DNA of 63,616 nt, filler included, from Chiloscyllium plagiosum (taxonomy: Eukaryota): NCBI RefSeq assembly GCF_004010195.1. It is 5 parts of one record of this genome, joined end to end, with 100 filler letters (N's around TTAATTAATTAA, not from the genome) between each part and the next. Parts side by side here need not be neighbours in the genome. Positions count along the whole stretch, not along the records: positions 59,499 to 63,616 come from NC_057714.1; 4 more parts are not named here. One strand, 5' to 3'. Below the pieces are notes generated by a model that made no database searches, had not been told where the DNA came from, and saw nothing but the letters and a program-made list of their open reading frames with translations. The position numbers were made by a program, and so were the translations under genes. This document shows positions 61,599-63,616 of this stretch, in pieces; the first letter of the stretch is position 1, and the number at the start of each line of letters is the position of its first letter.

Positions 61599-62129
61599 AN
61601 NNNNNNNNNNNNNNNNNNNNNNNNNNNNNNNNNNNNNNNNNNNNNNNNNNNNNNNNNNNNNNNNNNNNNNNNNNNNNNNNNNNNNNNNNNNNNNNNNNNN
61701 NNNNNNNNNNNNNNNNNNNNNNNNNNNNNNNNNNNNNNNNNNNNNNNNNNNNNNNNNNNNNNNNNNNNNNNNNNNNNNNNNNNNNNNNNNNNNNNNNNNN
61801 NNNNNNNNNNNNNNNNNNNNNNNNNNNNNNNNNNNNNNNNNNNNNNNNNNNNNNNNNNNNNNNNNNNNNNNNNNNNNNNNNNNNNNNNNNNNNNNNNNNN
61901 NNNNNNNNNNNNNNNNNNNNNNNNNNNNNNNNNNNNNNNNNNNNNNNNNNNNNNNNNNNNNNNNNNNNNNNNNNNNNNNNNNNNNNNNNNNNNNNNNNNN
62001 NNNNNNNNNNNNNNNNNNNNNNNNNNNNNNNNNNNNNNNNNNNNNNNNNNNNNNNNNNNNNNNNNNNNNNNNNNNNNNNNNNNNNNNNNNNNNNNNNNNG
62101 ATCAGAGACTGAGACAGAGGTATACTGTT

Positions 62130-63616
62130 ACAATGCACAGGGTGTGCACTAGGCGAGAGCATGTTATCTCGGTCAGCATTGGTGACTAGAGAGTCCAGGA
62201 GGAAGCTGTTCCTGAACCTGTTGGTGCGTGTGTTCCGGTTTCTGTACCTTCTGCCTGATGGAAGAGGGTGTGGGAGATCATTACCAGGGTGCGATGGGTC
62301 TTTGATGATGTTGGCAGCCTTTCTGCGGCAGTGAGCCGTGTAAATGGAGTCCATGGATGAAGGTTGGCTTCTGTGATGGTCTGTGCTGTGCACACCACCT
62401 TCGGTAGTGTCTTACAGTCCTGGGCAGAGCAGTTACCGTACCAGGCCGTTATCCACCTGGACAGTATGCTCTCAATGGTGTACCTGGAGACGTTGGTGAG
62501 GGTCCTTATGGACACGCTGAATTTCCTGAGCTGCCTGAGGAGGAAGAGGTGTTGTTGTACCTTCCTGACTGTCACATCCACGTGGGAAGGCCAGGACGGG
62601 TTGTCAGTTCCCATCACTCTGAGGGACTTGACTCTTTCCACCCTCTCCACCTCCGCTCCGTTGATGTAGATGGGGGTATGTCCTCATTTCTTCCTGAAGT
62701 CAATGATCAGTTCTTTAGTTTTGCCGACGGTGAGAGACGGGTAGTTCCTGTTGTACCGCGTCACCAAGCCCTGGATCTCCTTTCTGTATTCTGACTCGTC
62801 GTCATTAGATATCCGTCCTACCATGGTGATGTCATCAGTGAACTTGGAGCTGGTGTTTGTTTGGGATTAGGTTACACAGTGTGGGTGTACAGGGAGTATG
62901 GTAGGGGGGTGAGGACGCATCCTTGGGGGCCTCCAGTGTTGAGGGTTATTGTGGGGGAGGTCCTGTTGTCTATCTTTACCAACTGCAGTGGATCAGGAAG
63001 CTGAGGATCCAGTTGTAGAGGGCGGAGCTGAGACCAAGGTCACAGAGTTTTGAGATCAGTCTGGAGGGGATAATGGGGTTGAAGGTGGAGCTGTAGTCAA
63101 TGTGCAGGGATCTGATGATCCAGGAATGAGTGCAGGGCCAAGGAAATGGTATCTGTTTTGGACCTGTTGTGCAGGTAGGCAAATTACAGCGGATCGAGGC
63201 AGGCTGGGAGGCTTGAGTTGATGTGGGCCATGACCAGCCTCTCGAAGCACTTCCTGGTTAGAGAGAGCAGATCCACCGTGTGGTAGTCATTAATGCACAT
63301 TACATGTTCTTTCTCTGGGACTGAGATGATGGTGGCCTTCTTGAAGCAGGTGGGGGATTTCAGCTTGGAGGAGGGAGAGGTTGATGATGTCAGTGAGTAC
63401 CTCTGCCAACAGGTCCACACAGGATCTCAGTGCATGGCCGGGGACCCTGTCACCCTTGGGTTGACTCTCAGGGAGACCGATCTGACATCTGCAGCGGTGA
63501 TGGAGGAAACAGGTGCATCTGGGGCTGTCGAGTTGGGTGACACAGCACAGCTGGCATTCTGCTCAACCCCAGCATAAAAAGCATTGAGCGCAGCAGGGAG
63601 GGATGTGTTTTTGTTC
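62130..63616 (-). mobile_element. Rex1/Babar-like LINE, degraded RT and C-terminus
   Basis: PTCFKKATIISVP...[20 protein letters not shown]...ITAWYGNC; IIKDPSHPG...LPSGRRYR...TRTNRFRNSF. Confidence 0.8.

Overview
Repeat-dense vertebrate genomic DNA, most likely from a shark. That assignment is inferred from abundant HE1-type SINEs, CR1 LINEs and Penelope-like elements (PLEs). The window has several N gaps. It also has four identical artificial 100-bp spacers (44N-TTAATTAATTAA-44N), so it is really five joined contigs or scaffolds. Host-gene content is limited to two exons. One is a confident 42-bp TM7 exon of a secretin-family (class B1) GPCR at 37145-37186 (+). The other is a plausible 51-bp signal-peptide first coding exon at 12027-12077 (+), set in a CpG-richer region. 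Most of the rest is nested mobile DNA: CR1, L2-like, Rex1-like and Tx1/L1-like LINE fragments, SINEs, Tigger-like MITEs and probable solo LTRs. The most notable structures are: (i) many short PLE-derived insertions carrying minimal hammerhead-ribozyme cores (three sequence families), often fold-back and flanked by 12-16 bp target-site duplications; (ii) an old gag-only LTR provirus with an exact 18-nt tRNA-Ser primer-binding site; (iii) a 2-kb degenerate TTAGGG array with a higher-order duplication, just downstream of the GPCR exon; (iv) minisatellites apparently born from SINE internals. Repeat boundaries were estimated by eye. Family names come from recalled motifs, not database searches.
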